64,000 bases of DNA from contig CAWDFP010000007.1 of assembly GCA_963801605.1 (NCBI GenBank), positions 64,001 to 128,000 of the forward strand, given 5' to 3'. This document shows, in pieces, positions 31,586-42,794 of the stretch (position 1 is its first letter; the number at the start of each line of letters is the position of its first letter). Below the pieces are notes generated by a model. The model saw nothing but the letters and a program-made list of their open reading frames with translations, was not told the origin of the DNA and made no database searches. Origin of the DNA: an uncultured candidate division Zixibacteria bacterium. Its GTDB lineage: Bacteria > Zixibacteria > MSB-5A5 > UBA10806. A program made the position numbers and the translations under genes.

Positions 31586-32365
31586 TTGGTGCAAGCAACT
31601 TACGAACATAGGAATATCCATTTTGCAGAGTTATCGTCGGGCGCTTTGTCGCGATTTCTTTTCAGTATCTCGCTGGCGCTGGCAACGATAGCTACAAAAA
31701 GCCTTTTTTACCTGGTTTTGCTTTTGGCTTTTGGTATGTTGGCAATTCTTTCGTGGAATGGAAGTTTCAAGGCCATCCTTAAAATAGCGAGCTATACAAT
31801 TTTCTTTCTGGCGTTCATATTCATGCTGCATCTCTTTTTTAATCCGGGGAAAGTGATATTCAAGTTCTGGTTTCTCACTGCCACCGTTGAAGGCGCCAGG
31901 GCCGGGCTTTTGTACGGCCTGAAACTATTGGTCTTTTCCTACGCCGCCGGAATAATTTTTCTATCGGTTGATCCCTTTGAGTTGATATCGCCAATGGAAC
32001 GGATTGCTAAAGCGATAGGCCGGCCGGGGAAAATAATTGGGGCGCTATCACTTTCATTTTTCCTGGCTATTCGGTTTTTGCCGGAATTGTCTCAGCAGGG
32101 CCGATTGACAATTCTATCACTCAAAACAAGAGGATTTGAGATTAAAGGCGGATTAGGACATAAAGCCAGGGTGGCGGCGTTGCTCATCGTCCCGATGTTT
32201 GTAAATGCTATCAAGCGGGCCGAATTGGCTGCAGCGGCGCTAAATATTAAAGGGTATGCCACCAGATATTCACGAGCAGTATTCGCCCCGACCAGAATCA
32301 CCTTAGGGGGCATTATCACGATTTCAATATCGGTTGTAATCCTGATTGCGGGGTGGCGAACTTGA
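31586..32365 (+). CDS. ecfT: ECF transporter T component
   Basis: LAIRFLP, TRG and KGY coupling motifs; upstream of truA. Confidence 0.8.
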   Translation: MVQATYEHRNIHFAELSSGALSRFLFSISLALATIATKSLFYLVLLLAFGMLAILSWNGSFKAILKIASYTIFFLAFIFMLHLFFNPGKVIFKFWFLTATVEGARAGLLYGLKLLVFSYAAGIIFLSVDPFELISPMERIAKAIGRPGKIIGALSLSFFLAIRFLPELSQQGRLTILSLKTRGFEIKGGLGHKARVAALLIVPMFVNAIKRAELAAAALNIKGYATRYSRAVFAPTRITLGGIITISISVVILIAGWRT

Positions 32366-33159
32366 TAGCGAAACCGGATAGCATAAGCGAGAGCCAAATT
32401 GTTAAATCAAACCCAAGGCGTAATGTTTTGCTGAAATTGGAATACTGCGGAACGAGCTTTGCAGGATGGCAATGGCAGAAGGATACTCGAACGGTACAGG
32501 GAGTGCTTAAAGAAAATCTGGAGAAGTTTCTGAGGCATAACATTAAAATAACGGGTTCGGGACGGACCGATGCGGGGGTCCATGCCCTGGCGCAGTATGT
32601 AAATTTCAATACTACTCATGGAATGAAACCGGAAGAAATTAAACATCGTTTAAACCGCATGCTGCCATCGGATGTAGTCGTTTTAACTTGTCGAGACGTT
32701 CCCTGGTCGTTCGATTCCAGGAGGCAGGCGCATTGGCGGGCTTACCGGTATCTAATCAGCGAAAAGCTAACGGCACTGAATAGGGACTTTGCCTGGACTA
32801 TAGATAGAAAATTGGATTTAGTATTGCTTAATCGCCTCTCTAAATTAGTCTCAAAATCAATTCATTTCGAAAACTTCTGCAAAACCAAATCTCTCAAGGA
32901 AAGCAACGATTGCACCATCTTTAAGGCTAACTGGTCGCGGCGGAATGGTTTTCTGCGTTTTGAAGTAACAGCGAATAGATTTCTTCACAATATGGTCCGT
33001 CTGTTAGTGGGAACAATGGTTGCTGTAGAAAATGGTAAGATGAGCATTGAGCATTTTACCGAATTGCTAAATGGTAAAAAAAAGGAAAAGACGAAATATA
33101 TCGCGCCCGCCTGCGGCCTTTACCTGGTTGAAGTGGGCTATAAAGGAGATAACGTATGA
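32353..33159 (+). CDS. truA: tRNA pseudouridine(38-40) synthase
   Basis: [29 protein letters not shown]. Confidence 0.95.
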   Translation: MANLIAKPDSISESQIVKSNPRRNVLLKLEYCGTSFAGWQWQKDTRTVQGVLKENLEKFLRHNIKITGSGRTDAGVHALAQYVNFNTTHGMKPEEIKHRLNRMLPSDVVVLTCRDVPWSFDSRRQAHWRAYRYLISEKLTALNRDFAWTIDRKLDLVLLNRLSKLVSKSIHFENFCKTKSLKESNDCTIFKANWSRRNGFLRFEVTANRFLHNMVRLLVGTMVAVENGKMSIEHFTELLNGKKKEKTKYIAPACGLYLVEVGYKGDNV

Positions 33160-33803
33160 AATTTTTCTTAGACACCGGAAGCGTTGACGAAATCCGCAAA
33201 GCGAATGAACTCGGGATGGTCGATGGCGTCACCACTAACCCGTCGCTGTTGGCCAAGGAGAAAAAGCCATATCGCGAGATTCTCAAGGAAATCTGCGCGA
33301 TTGTTAAGGGTCCGGTTTCGGCGGAGGTCACCGCCACCGATACCGAGGGAATGCTTCGCGAGGGACGGGAGCATGCCAAGATCGCGGATAATATCGTGGT
33401 TAAGATTCCAATCATTAAAACCGGCGTTAAGGCGATCAGCCAGCTAAGAGCCGAGGGAATCAATGTTAATGTCACGCTCTGCTTTTCAGCATCGCAGGCT
33501 CTGATCGCCGCCAAGGCGGGAGCCAATTATATTTCACCGTTTATCGGGCGACTCGATGATATCTCATCGGATGGCATGAAACTGATCGAGGAAATAATCA
33601 CGATATATGATAATTATGGTTTTGATACGGAGGTCCTGGTAGCCTCGGTTCGTCACCCGATGCACGTAGTCGATGCCGCCATGTTGGGGGCCGATATCTG
33701 CACCATGCCATATTCGGTATTCGACAAGCTCTTAAGTCATCCGTTAACGGATGTGGGCCTCAAAAACTTTTTGGCCGATTGGGAGAAAGCGCAAAAGCAA
33801 TGA
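33156..33803 (+). CDS. tal: Transaldolase/fructose-6-phosphate aldolase (small type)
   Basis: [37 protein letters not shown]. Confidence 0.9.
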   Translation: MKFFLDTGSVDEIRKANELGMVDGVTTNPSLLAKEKKPYREILKEICAIVKGPVSAEVTATDTEGMLREGREHAKIADNIVVKIPIIKTGVKAISQLRAEGINVNVTLCFSASQALIAAKAGANYISPFIGRLDDISSDGMKLIEEIITIYDNYGFDTEVLVASVRHPMHVVDAAMLGADICTMPYSVFDKLLSHPLTDVGLKNFLADWEKAQKQ

Positions 33804-35095
33804 TCTCTCGCTATAGTTTGCCCGAGATGGCCGATCTCTGGTCGGAGCAAAATAAATTTGCCACCTGGTTAAAGGTCGAGATCGCCGTTTGTGAAGTCAA
33901 AGCTGGTAAGGGGCAAATACCCAAATCGGCGCTGACTACAATCAAGAAGCGAGCGGCTTTCGATCCGGATCGTATCGCCGCCATTGAAGCCGAAGTTAAT
34001 CACGATGTTATAGCGTTTCTTACCAATGTCGCGGAAAACGTGGGGCCCGATTCGAAATATATCCATCTGGGACTGACGTCATCGGATATTCTTGACACAT
34101 CCCTGGGCTGCTTGATGAAGCAGTCGGGGATTCTAATTAGAAAGAAACTTGCCGAGGTCTCTGATCTGCTGCGGGAAATGGCGCCCAAATACAAAGATGC
34201 TCTAACCATAGGGCGCACCCATGGGGTTCATGCCGAACCGACGGTGTTTGGCTTGAAATTAGCCTTGTGGTATACCGAAACTGCTCGAGATCTGAATCGT
34301 CTGGATGATGCTATCAAAGAGGTATCGGTCGGCAAGCTGTCCGGAGCGGTCGGGAATTTTGCGCATATCGAACCAGAGACGGAAGCGCTGGTTTGCAGGA
34401 AATTAGGCTTAATGCCGGCGGAAGTTTCCACCCAGGTTATTCAGCGCGATCGGCACGCCCATTTTCTGGCGGTCCTGGCGGTTATCGGAGGTACTGTAGA
34501 AAAGATAGCGACCGAAATTCGTAATCTTCAAAGAACCGAAATATTAGAGCTTGAAGAGGGCTTCACCAAAGGTCAAAAGGGCTCATCGGCGATGCCGCAT
34601 AAGAAAAATCCGATCACTTGCGAGCGATTAGCCGGATTGGCGCGAGTTCTTCGGGGGAACGCTCTGGCCGGCATGGAAAATATGGCGCTCTGGCATGAAC
34701 GAGATATAACGCATTCCTCGGTGGAGAGGATAATTATTCCTGATTCCACGACGCTATTGCATTACATGCTTCACAAGCTTTTGGGTGTCCTTTCCAATCT
34801 AGTCGTCAATACCGACAGGATGCGTCAAAATCTCGAAATCACCCGCGGTCTGGTTTTTTCTCAAAGGGTGCTTCTGGCTCTTACCGAAAAGATGCCAAGC
34901 AGGGAAGAGGCTTATCAGTTGGTTCAGAATCTGGCTATGAAAAGCTGGAAAGAGGGACTTGATTTCAGGAAACTGGTTAAGGATTCCCCGGATATCCGGA
35001 AATATTTGAAAGTAAAAGAAATTGACACTCTATTCGATTATGCCTACTTTACCCGGCGAGCAAATGATGTTATAAGAAGGGCGATCGAAAGATGA
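33800..35095 (+). CDS. purB: Adenylosuccinate lyase
   Basis: [26 protein letters not shown]. Confidence 0.96.
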   Translation: MISRYSLPEMADLWSEQNKFATWLKVEIAVCEVKAGKGQIPKSALTTIKKRAAFDPDRIAAIEAEVNHDVIAFLTNVAENVGPDSKYIHLGLTSSDILDTSLGCLMKQSGILIRKKLAEVSDLLREMAPKYKDALTIGRTHGVHAEPTVFGLKLALWYTETARDLNRLDDAIKEVSVGKLSGAVGNFAHIEPETEALVCRKLGLMPAEVSTQVIQRDRHAHFLAVLAVIGGTVEKIATEIRNLQRTEILELEEGFTKGQKGSSAMPHKKNPITCERLAGLARVLRGNALAGMENMALWHERDITHSSVERIIIPDSTTLLHYMLHKLLGVLSNLVVNTDRMRQNLEITRGLVFSQRVLLALTEKMPSREEAYQLVQNLAMKSWKEGLDFRKLVKDSPDIRKYLKVKEIDTLFDYAYFTRRANDVIRRAIER

Positions 35096-35714
35096 CAAAA
35101 GAAGGCTACCTGTTTCCATTACCATTTTTTATTCTGGGAATTATATTATTCTTTCTTTTTGATAAAACCATGACATCGTTACCTCTTCTTTATGCCGCCG
35201 CTGTGTCGTTCTATCTGGGATTGGTGATTGTGCTGTTTTTTCGCGATCCCGACCGGAAAATTCCGTCCGGTGAAAATCTGGTGATTTCGCCGGCTGATGG
35301 AAAGATAATCAGAATCGACTGCGAGGGAGAAAATCCAGCACTTTCGATATTTCTATCGGTAACCAACGTGCATGTTAATCGAGCGCCGGTAACGGGGTAA
35401 TAAATTCAGTGGAGCATCGCAAAGGGAAATTTCATACGGCTTTCAAGAAGGCCGCGATGCATGAAAATGCCCGCAATGAAATCGAGATCGAGACTAATAG
35501 GGGACTGGTTAAGATGAATCAAGTCGCCGGTTATATCGCTCGACGGACAATCTGCTATAAGAAACCCGGCGACAAAATTGCGGCAGGCGAGCGGATAGGT
35601 CTGATTCGGTTTGGAAGCAGGGTCGATCTTACGCTTCCGGCCGGTTCGAAGATCGATGTTAGTTTGGGTCAGAAAGTGCGGGCAGGCGAGACCGTTCTGG
35701 GGAATCTATCGTGA
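35092..35714 (+). CDS. psd: Phosphatidylserine decarboxylase, frameshift in the GGGG run near 35395
   Basis: FFRDPDR, SPADG, HVNRAP, RFGSRVD. Confidence 0.9.
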
Positions 35715-36493
35715 AAAATTTTAAGGGCATTCTTCCCGGCATGTTTACCATGGGCAACTTGGCCTGTGGTTTTGCATCGATAATAACATCAAGCATGGCC
35801 AGGTCGGGCGCCAACGGACATAATACAGCCAATCTTTTCGAGGCGGTCTGGCTAATCGTTCTGGCCGCCTTTTTCGATTTTCTCGATGGCCTGGTGGCGC
35901 GCTTTTCCAAGAGTTATTCACGATTTGGAGTTGAGCTCGATTCGCTAACCGATATCGTTTCTTTCGGCGTTGCTCCGGCGGTGTTACTCGTGAATTTCGG
36001 CCTTATTTCGCATGGCAATTGGGCCTGGATACTGGGTTTTGTTTTTCTAATGGCGGCCAGTTTCCGGTTGGCTCGATTTAACCTGTCCGCAACGCTCGAG
36101 AAAAAAGTAAACTTCGTCGGATTGCCGGTACCATCGGCGGCCATTGTAATAATCTCCTATATACTTTTCTCTTATGAAGTGTGGGACAGCATAAGGTTGG
36201 AGAAATTTTTTATTATCGTAATTTTGGCGTCGGCGGCGCTGATGGTTTCCACGGTGGAATTTGAGACGATGCCGCGCTTCGATTTCGGTAAGACCTCGAA
36301 TAGAATAAAGGTCATTATTCTTATGGCGGCGGCAATAGGGATCATGATTAACGCCTCCCTATTAATCTTTCCCCTGGGGATGATTTACATTCTTTATGGA
36401 ATTGGCAAATTTGTAGCTGAGCTGCTGTTCGGAGATAAAAAAGGAGCACCCAGAGAGGCAAAACTATCGAAAAGCGGGCATGAGGCAGTATGA
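35711..36493 (+). CDS. pssA: CDP-diacylglycerol-serine O-phosphatidyltransferase
   Basis: DFLDGLVAR..G..LDSL.D..SFG.AP, RLARFN. Confidence 0.93.
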   Translation: MKNFKGILPGMFTMGNLACGFASIITSSMARSGANGHNTANLFEAVWLIVLAAFFDFLDGLVARFSKSYSRFGVELDSLTDIVSFGVAPAVLLVNFGLISHGNWAWILGFVFLMAASFRLARFNLSATLEKKVNFVGLPVPSAAIVIISYILFSYEVWDSIRLEKFFIIVILASAALMVSTVEFETMPRFDFGKTSNRIKVIILMAAAIGIMINASLLIFPLGMIYILYGIGKFVAELLFGDKKGAPREAKLSKSGHEAV

Positions 36494-36738
36494 AATTTAT
36501 CGCCAATATTAATGTTTCTCTTAAAGAAGGCGTGCTTGATCCGCAGGGTGTCACCATCGGACGAGCCTTGCAGGAATTAGGTTTCGATTCGGTAATTAAA
36601 ACATCGACCGGTAAATTCTTCAGGCTCGAAATCGAGGCCGAAACCGAAGCGGATGCCAAAAGAATCGCCGGAGAAGCGGCCTCGAAACTATTAGCCAATC
36701 CAGTCATAGAACGATACGAGGTAGAGGTAGTTCGTTGA
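36490..36738 (+). CDS. purS: FGAM synthase subunit PurS
   Basis: LDPQG, LLANPVIE. Confidence 0.95.
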   Translation: MKFIANINVSLKEGVLDPQGVTIGRALQELGFDSVIKTSTGKFFRLEIEAETEADAKRIAGEAASKLLANPVIERYEVEVVR

Positions 36739-37442
36739 AGGTTGGAGTAATAGTATTCCCTGGCTCTAATTGCGATCATGATGCCTATCGGGCATTCAAA
36801 TTGATTGCTGGTGTTGAGCCTGTATATCTGTGGCATGGTTCGCATGATCTCGAAGGGTGTGACGCTATCATTCTTCCGGGTGGTTTTTCGTATGGGGATT
36901 ACCTTCGGGCGGGAGCGATTGCCCGGTTTTCGCCCATTATGAAAAAAGTAATTGAATTTGCCAAAGGCGGAGGCGTGGTTTTGGGAATCTGTAACGGATT
37001 TCAGATTCTGACGGAATCAGGTCTATTGCCGGGCGCTCTAATGAGAAATTCGAACTTACGATTTGTTTGCAGGGAAGTCACCTTGCGTGTCGAAACAGAT
37101 AAAGCCCTCTTAACGGCCGGGCTCAAACTCGGAACATTGCTTCGTATGCCGGTCGCTCACGGGGAGGGCGGTTATTTTGCCGAGTCATCGGTTTTAACCA
37201 GGCTCGAATCATGCGGCAGAATATTGTTTCGGTATGTCGATGCCGCCGGAGTGGTAACATCAGGGGCAAATCCTAATGGGTCTATTAATGGTATCGCTGG
37301 TATTGTAAATGAGGATGGCAATGTTTTTGGCATGATGCCTCATCCGGAACGCGCAGCGGAGGCTGTATTAGGATCGGCCGACGGGCTACAGCTTATCAAG
37401 GCGTTGTCATCACAGGTTGCTGGAGGTGTGATTGCGAGATAA
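36735..37442 (+). CDS. purQ: FGAM synthase glutaminase subunit PurQ
   Basis: FPGSNCD, GGFSYGD, GICNGFQ, MPHPER. Confidence 0.96.
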   Translation: MKVGVIVFPGSNCDHDAYRAFKLIAGVEPVYLWHGSHDLEGCDAIILPGGFSYGDYLRAGAIARFSPIMKKVIEFAKGGGVVLGICNGFQILTESGLLPGALMRNSNLRFVCREVTLRVETDKALLTAGLKLGTLLRMPVAHGEGGYFAESSVLTRLESCGRILFRYVDAAGVVTSGANPNGSINGIAGIVNEDGNVFGMMPHPERAAEAVLGSADGLQLIKALSSQVAGGVIAR

Positions 37443-37731
37443 AGAGATAAAATTTATTATCATCTCACTGATAATGGCGGCTATCATAGGCGGTTTTATG
37501 GGACAGCTAATCGGTGAGTATCTTCCCGAAGGGGCCGTAAAGACCTTGTTTGTGAAGAGCATGGATATCGGTATCGGACAACGAGGAATCAGTGTAAATG
37601 AAGTCCAGGAGCCAATTTATATCGATCTTTACAGTATTTCGCTGGCCTTTGGGCTGATAGTAAAAATCAATTTTGTATCGCTTTTGATGATAATCCTTGT
37701 TATAATATACTTCAAATGGTGGTATCTTTAA
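37432..37731 (+). CDS. Small membrane protein (DUF4321-like)
   Basis: Two hydrophobic segments; operonic position. Confidence 0.6.
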   Translation: MRDKEIKFIIISLIMAAIIGGFMGQLIGEYLPEGAVKTLFVKSMDIGIGQRGISVNEVQEPIYIDLYSISLAFGLIVKINFVSLLMIILVIIYFKWWYL

Positions 37732-37747
37732 ACCATGAGGTGTTTTA

Positions 37748-37990
37748 ATGAATAATCCAGTCTTGCTTTCAATGCCTGGCGGCCAGGAGCTTTTTCTCAT
37801 ATTTCTAATAGTGCTTCTGCTGTTTGGCGCTAAGCGAATCCCCGAAGTAGCCCAGAATCTGGGCAAGGGGATCAGGGAATTTAAGAAATCTATGCGGGAA
37901 GTGCAGTCGGAAATCGATTCTGCCGATCCCAGCAAAAGCAAAATAGAGGCTCCCAAACCGGAAGATAAAACCGCAACCGATAAGAAATAA
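37748..37990 (+). CDS. tatA: Twin-arginine translocase TatA/E
   Basis: LLLFGAKRIPE, LGKGIREFKK. Confidence 0.93.
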   Translation: MNNPVLLSMPGGQELFLIFLIVLLLFGAKRIPEVAQNLGKGIREFKKSMREVQSEIDSADPSKSKIEAPKPEDKTATDKK

Positions 37991-37992
37991 GC

Positions 37993-38448
37993 ATGCCGGT
38001 ATTCACCAAAGATGATATTGCTCGGATAGCGGCCTGTTTGGGAAATTTGGAAATCTCCGACGACCGCGATCATTTCAGGATCAAGTTAGTGCAGCGAAAG
38101 GAAAAGAGATCGCTTTCGCTTGAGATTTACCCTGAGGTTTCACTGAGCGATAATGCCAAGGGATCACTGGTAGTTGTATATACCGGCAATTGCCATTTAC
38201 AGCTTCACAACTGCACCGGTTACGTTCTATCGGACGAATTAGGCGAGGTGACTTTTGTTTCGGAGTGTACCGGTAAAATTTCGGGATTGGTGGTGGAACG
38301 CGAAGCGGCCTGTTCGCTATATTCCAATGTCGATCGCAAGCTCATCTCCGATGATTTTACCCGTTTCGGAGTTGAAGTTATGTTATCCGGCGTAGCTCTT
38401 TCTCTTGCAGAGGATGTTTTATCATCAAAGAACGGTGTAAACGAATAG
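37993..38448 (+). CDS. Hypothetical protein
   Basis: 151-aa ORF starting 2 nt after tatA. Confidence 0.7.
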   Translation: MPVFTKDDIARIAACLGNLEISDDRDHFRIKLVQRKEKRSLSLEIYPEVSLSDNAKGSLVVVYTGNCHLQLHNCTGYVLSDELGEVTFVSECTGKISGLVVEREAACSLYSNVDRKLISDDFTRFGVEVMLSGVALSLAEDVLSSKNGVNE

Positions 38449-38498
38449 ATATTTTTTTTTACAATTTAATAGACAAAGACGACCGATAAAGGTGTTCT

Positions 38499-38903
38499 AT
38501 GCAGTTTACCAGAAAAGGTGATTACGCGCTAAAGGCCATGGCATATTTGGCAGTGACCAAAAGCTCTAATCCCCATACAATCGATGAAATTTCCGAACAG
38601 AGTCGGATTCCCCGGCATTTTCTCGCCAAGATTCTCAAGGATTTGACACACGCCAATCTTCTGATTGCAATGAAGGGCGCGCATGGAGGGTACACTCTGG
38701 CCAAAAAACCATCGGAAATAAGCCTGCTTGAAGTTATTGAAGCGTCGGTGGGGCCGTTGGCGCTCAATCTCTGTCTGGAGGGAAGCGGCCGATGCTCGGA
38801 GCTTTCGACATGCGGGCTTTATCCGGTATGGCAACAGGCCTCACGGGCCGTGCGAGATGTTTTTGAAAAGGCAACACTAAGCTCAATTTCCCAGGGACAG
38901 TGA
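38499..38903 (+). CDS. Rrf2-family regulator (IscR/NsrR-like)
   Basis: DYAL, GAHGGY.LA, three Cys (C-x6-C-x5-C). Confidence 0.9.
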   Translation: MQFTRKGDYALKAMAYLAVTKSSNPHTIDEISEQSRIPRHFLAKILKDLTHANLLIAMKGAHGGYTLAKKPSEISLLEVIEASVGPLALNLCLEGSGRCSELSTCGLYPVWQQASRAVRDVFEKATLSSISQGQ

Positions 38904-40120
38904 GTCGTGAGATGAGCGAGCGATTCGTTTATTTCGATAATATCAATACGACTTTCCCCGATCCGGAGGTCGTTGAGGTCCTAACAAAGGTATTGGTATC
39001 CCGGGCGGGCAATCCGTCATCCCATATTCATTCGGCCGGTATTGCGGCCGGGGAAATCCTGGATGAAGCCCGTCAGAAGGTAGCGGCATTGATTAATGCC
39101 GATGCCAATAAAGTCATTTTTACATCGGGTGCAACGGAATCGAATAACTTAGCGATCACGGGATTTATAAAAGCTCATCCCCAATATCAGATTGTAGTTT
39201 CGAATATTGAGCATTTTTCGATACTAAATCAGGCCGCAAGGCTTAAAAGGGAAGGCCACAAGGTAAGCTTTCTCGACGTTAACAGCTACGGACTGATCGA
39301 TTGCGCCAAATTAGAGATAATACTTAGCGAAGGACCATCGTTAGTATCAATAGCGCCGGCTAATCCCGAGATAGGGACTATTCAAGATATTGATAAGATA
39401 GGCGAGATCTGCCTTAAATATAATGCGGTACTGCATTGTGACGGGACTGCGGCGGCATCAACTATGGAAATCGATGTGCGCAAGATGAATATCAGCTTCC
39501 TGACGCTTTCGGGCCACAATATGTACGCCCCGGTTGGAATAGGCGCGCTTTACACAGGAAATAGTATAGCGCCACTTTTCGAAGGCGGCAATCAGGAGAC
39601 GGGTATTCGTCCTGGCACCGAGAATTTTCCGGCAGCAGCGGCAATGGGCGAGGCTTGCACAATGTTATCGAAAAATAGAAATCGGTGGAATCAAGAGCTT
39701 GGGAATATGGGGCAGCGGCTTTGGAATGGATTATCAGAAAAGATACCTTTCATTCATTTTACCGGCCATCCAAAGCAGCGTTTGCCGGGGCATGTTTCAT
39801 TCTGGGTAGAGCATATCGAGGGTGAATCGCTCTTACTATTATTAAATATGAAAGGTGTAATGGCGGCCTCGGGATCAGCCTGCAGTTCGAATCTAAAGGG
39901 ACGCGATGAAGAGGATTTGGCGGCCTCGCATGTCCTAACCGCTATCGGGGTACCAAACGATATTTGCGCCGGTTCGATAACATTTTCGCTGGCCAGATAT
40001 AATACCGAAAATGATGTTGATTATGTGTTAGAGATAATGCCCGGAATCGTTGAAAAGCTTTTGGCCATGTCGCCAAGTTATAGCGATTATCTCAGAAAAA
40101 AGGAGTTATTACATGAATAA
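38900..40120 (+). CDS. iscS: IscS/NifS-like protein with the PLP lysine replaced by Asn
   Basis: GNPSS.H, FTSGATESNN, IEH, RPGTEN, SGSACSS; SGHNMY where SxHK is expected. Confidence 0.85.
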   Translation: MSREMSERFVYFDNINTTFPDPEVVEVLTKVLVSRAGNPSSHIHSAGIAAGEILDEARQKVAALINADANKVIFTSGATESNNLAITGFIKAHPQYQIVVSNIEHFSILNQAARLKREGHKVSFLDVNSYGLIDCAKLEIILSEGPSLVSIAPANPEIGTIQDIDKIGEICLKYNAVLHCDGTAAASTMEIDVRKMNISFLTLSGHNMYAPVGIGALYTGNSIAPLFEGGNQETGIRPGTENFPAAAAMGEACTMLSKNRNRWNQELGNMGQRLWNGLSEKIPFIHFTGHPKQRLPGHVSFWVEHIEGESLLLLLNMKGVMAASGSACSSNLKGRDEEDLAASHVLTAIGVPNDICAGSITFSLARYNTENDVDYVLEIMPGIVEKLLAMSPSYSDYLRKKELLHE

Positions 40121-40496
40121 ATCATTTCCATATTCTCCGCTGGTGATGGAACATTTCGCCAATCCCCGCAACATGGGCGAGATTGCCGATCCATCCGCTG
40201 TTGGCGACGTAGGCAATCCTACCTGCGGGGATATGATGCGGCTCTATTTGAAAATCGAAAATGGCGTTATCGTAGATGCCAAATTCAAGACTTTCGGATG
40301 CGGAGCCGCCATCGCTTCATCGTCGATTTTGACCGAGATGCTGATCGGCAAAAAGGTTGAGGATGCGCTCAAGATTTCCAATGAGGCCGTTGCGGAGGCG
40401 TTGGGTGGGCTTCCGCCGGTTAAGATTCACTGTTCAGTAATGGCCGAAGAGGCCGTAAAAGCGGCTTTAGCGGATTTCGAGAAACGCAACAAATAG
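40113..40496 (+). CDS. iscU: Fe-S scaffold IscU/NifU-N
   Basis: HFANPRN, NPTCGD, FGCGAA, KIHCS. Confidence 0.95.
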   Translation: MNKSFPYSPLVMEHFANPRNMGEIADPSAVGDVGNPTCGDMMRLYLKIENGVIVDAKFKTFGCGAAIASSSILTEMLIGKKVEDALKISNEAVAEALGGLPPVKIHCSVMAEEAVKAALADFEKRNK

Positions 40497-40521
40497 GGCA
40501 GTTGAATCGCCGTCAAGCAAT

Positions 40522-40560
40522 AAAAAATGGGCCTCCTCGTTAAGGGAGGCCCAATGTTTA
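40522..40560. terminator. Terminator between convergent genes
   Basis: A-run + TGGGCCTCC/GGAGGCCCA. Confidence 0.75.
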
Positions 40561-40585
40561 TTTACGACAAGAATTTTTAGGGCGC

Positions 40586-42657
40586 TTACCTTGCTGGCGG
40601 ACAGGAAGGACAAGGCGTCGGCGACGGCCCGCCTTTGAAGAAAGATACCATATAGGTTACATCCAAACCGTTGAAGGAGCAGGAGGCGTTAACATCGCCG
40701 GATACAAACCAGGTGTTGCCCGGTGTACATTCGCAGGAATAGGGAGGCAGGGGCCCGCCCTTGAAGTAGGAGACGGAATAGGTAACATCAAGGCCGTTGA
40801 AGGTGGTCGAGCCATTGGCGTCGCCGGGGGTGTAGGCGCAAGGAGGGGGGCCAAAGTTTGTGCGCAAAATCATAAGAGAGTTATTATCTGCCACATAAAC
40901 ATAAGAGCCGGAAACAAATAAATCTTCGGCCCAGCCTGGCGTATCAAAGCTTCCCTGCAAGGTGGGGTTTGAGGGGTCGGAGATATTTACTATCTGAAGG
41001 CCGGCATAGTAATCGGCCACATATGCATAAGAGCCGGAAACAAATACCCCCGAGCTACAACTGGCGTAGCATAGCTCGCCTGCAGAGTTGGGTTGGAAGG
41101 ATCAGAAATATTTACTATCTGGAGGCCGGAAGACCAATCGGCCACATAGGCATAAGAGCCTAAAACGAATACTGCATAGGCAATGCCCGGCGTATCATAG
41201 CTCGCCTGCAAGGTGGGATTGGAAGGATCAGAGATATTTACTATCTGAAGGCCGGATTCGCCATCGGCCACATAGGCATAAGAGCTTGAAATAAATACGC
41301 CTAGGGCAGGGCCCGGCATATCATAGCTCGCCTGCAAAGTGGGGTTGGAAGGGTCGGAGATATTTACTATCTGAAGGCCGGAATAGTAATCGGCCACATA
41401 GGCGTAAGCGCCCGAAACGAATACTTCCTGGGCATAGCCTGGCGTATTACAGCTTCCCTGCGGGACAGGAGATGAGGGATCAGAGATATTTACTATTCGA
41501 AGGCCAGTGGAGCCATCGGCCACGTGGGCAAAGGAGCCTGAAACGAATACTCCATGGGCTTGGCCTGGCGTATCGTAACTTCCGCTTAAGGTCGGGCTTG
41601 AGGGATTGGTGATATTTACTATCTGAAGGCCTGAAGTGTAATCGGCCACATAAGCATAAGAGCCTGAAACGAATACTCCCTGGGCATAGGTTGGCGTATC
41701 AAAGCTTCCCTGCAAAGTGGGGTTTGAGGGGTTAGAGATATTTACTATCTGAAGGAAGAACCCATCGGCCACATAGGCATATGAATCTGAAACGATTACT
41801 CCCAAAGCATTGCCTGGCGTATCGAAGCTACCCTGCAAAGTGGGGCTTGAGGGATTTGAGATATTTACAATCTGAAGGATATAACCATCGGTCACATAGG
41901 CATAGGAGCCTGAAACGAATACTCCCCGGGCCTCGACTGGCGTATCATAGCTTCCCTGCAAGGTGGGAGTTGAGGGGTTAGATTTATTGACAATTTGAAG
42001 GCCGGAATAGCCATCGGCCACATAAGCGTAATTGCCGGAGACAAAGACGTCAGAGCCCTGTCTGGCGTATCATAGCTTCCCGCCAGGGTTGGGCTTGACG
42101 GATTGGAGATATTGATAATCTGAAGGCCGGATGTGTCATCGGCCACATAAGCGTAACTGCCGGATACAAAGACGCCATAAGCAAAGTCCGGCGTATCGAA
42201 GCTTCCGGCCAGTGTCGGGCTTGAGGGATTGGAAATATTGACAACCTGAAGGCCGGAAGAGCCAGCGGCCACATAAGCGTAAGAGCCGGAAACGAAAACG
42301 CCTAAAGCATCGATGGCGTAAGCTGCCGACCAGAGTCGGACTTGAGGGATTGGAGATATTTACTATCTGAAGTCCGAAAGAGGCATCAGCCACATAAGCG
42401 TAAGAGCCGGAGACATCAATTGCTTTTCCATAACCTTGAAGAAAATATTGGCTTACAAATACAGGCGCTGCAGGGTCTGAAATATCGAGGATAACAAGTC
42501 CATTTACAAAAGCGCAATAAGCATAATTGCCAACTACTTCGACATCAATGACGCCGGTCCAGAGGGTTGAGCCGACATATTCTACGTTTTGGGCGTGAAT
42601 ACCGGCCGCGCCGAGCAGCATCAAGAATACCGAAAAAATCAGAACAAAACGATTCAT
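40586..42657 (-). CDS. Secreted LVIVD-repeat protein with dockerin-like tail, several frameshifts
   Basis: Signal peptide MNRFVLIFSV, about 13 repeats YAYVAD..SGLQIVNISNP..P, C-terminal GDANG..NGLD. Confidence 0.85.
40890..42510 (-). repeat. Coding tandem repeat, about 126-bp unit, about 13 copies
   Basis: GATATTTACTATCTGAAGG-like core recurs every 122-126 bp. Confidence 0.9.
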
Positions 42658-42740
42658 CTTTTCCTCCAAAGGAAAAAGCCAGGGCCAAATGGAACTCTTT
42701 AGTTTTTCTGCCAGTATCCCAAAAGAAGATAATAATAATA

Positions 42741-42768
42741 CAGGCCCAATATAATAGAATTGGGCCTG
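42741..42768 (-). terminator. Hairpin after the Omp28-like gene
   Basis: CAGGCCCAAT/ATTGGGCCTG. Confidence 0.55.
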
Positions 42769-42794
42769 AAAACAATCCAAAATTTAGGAACTGC

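Noticed and set aside
40890..42510. Regular repeats as a CRISPR array
   Set aside because: The 126-bp period is protein-coding (LVIVD) with no unique spacers and no cas genes
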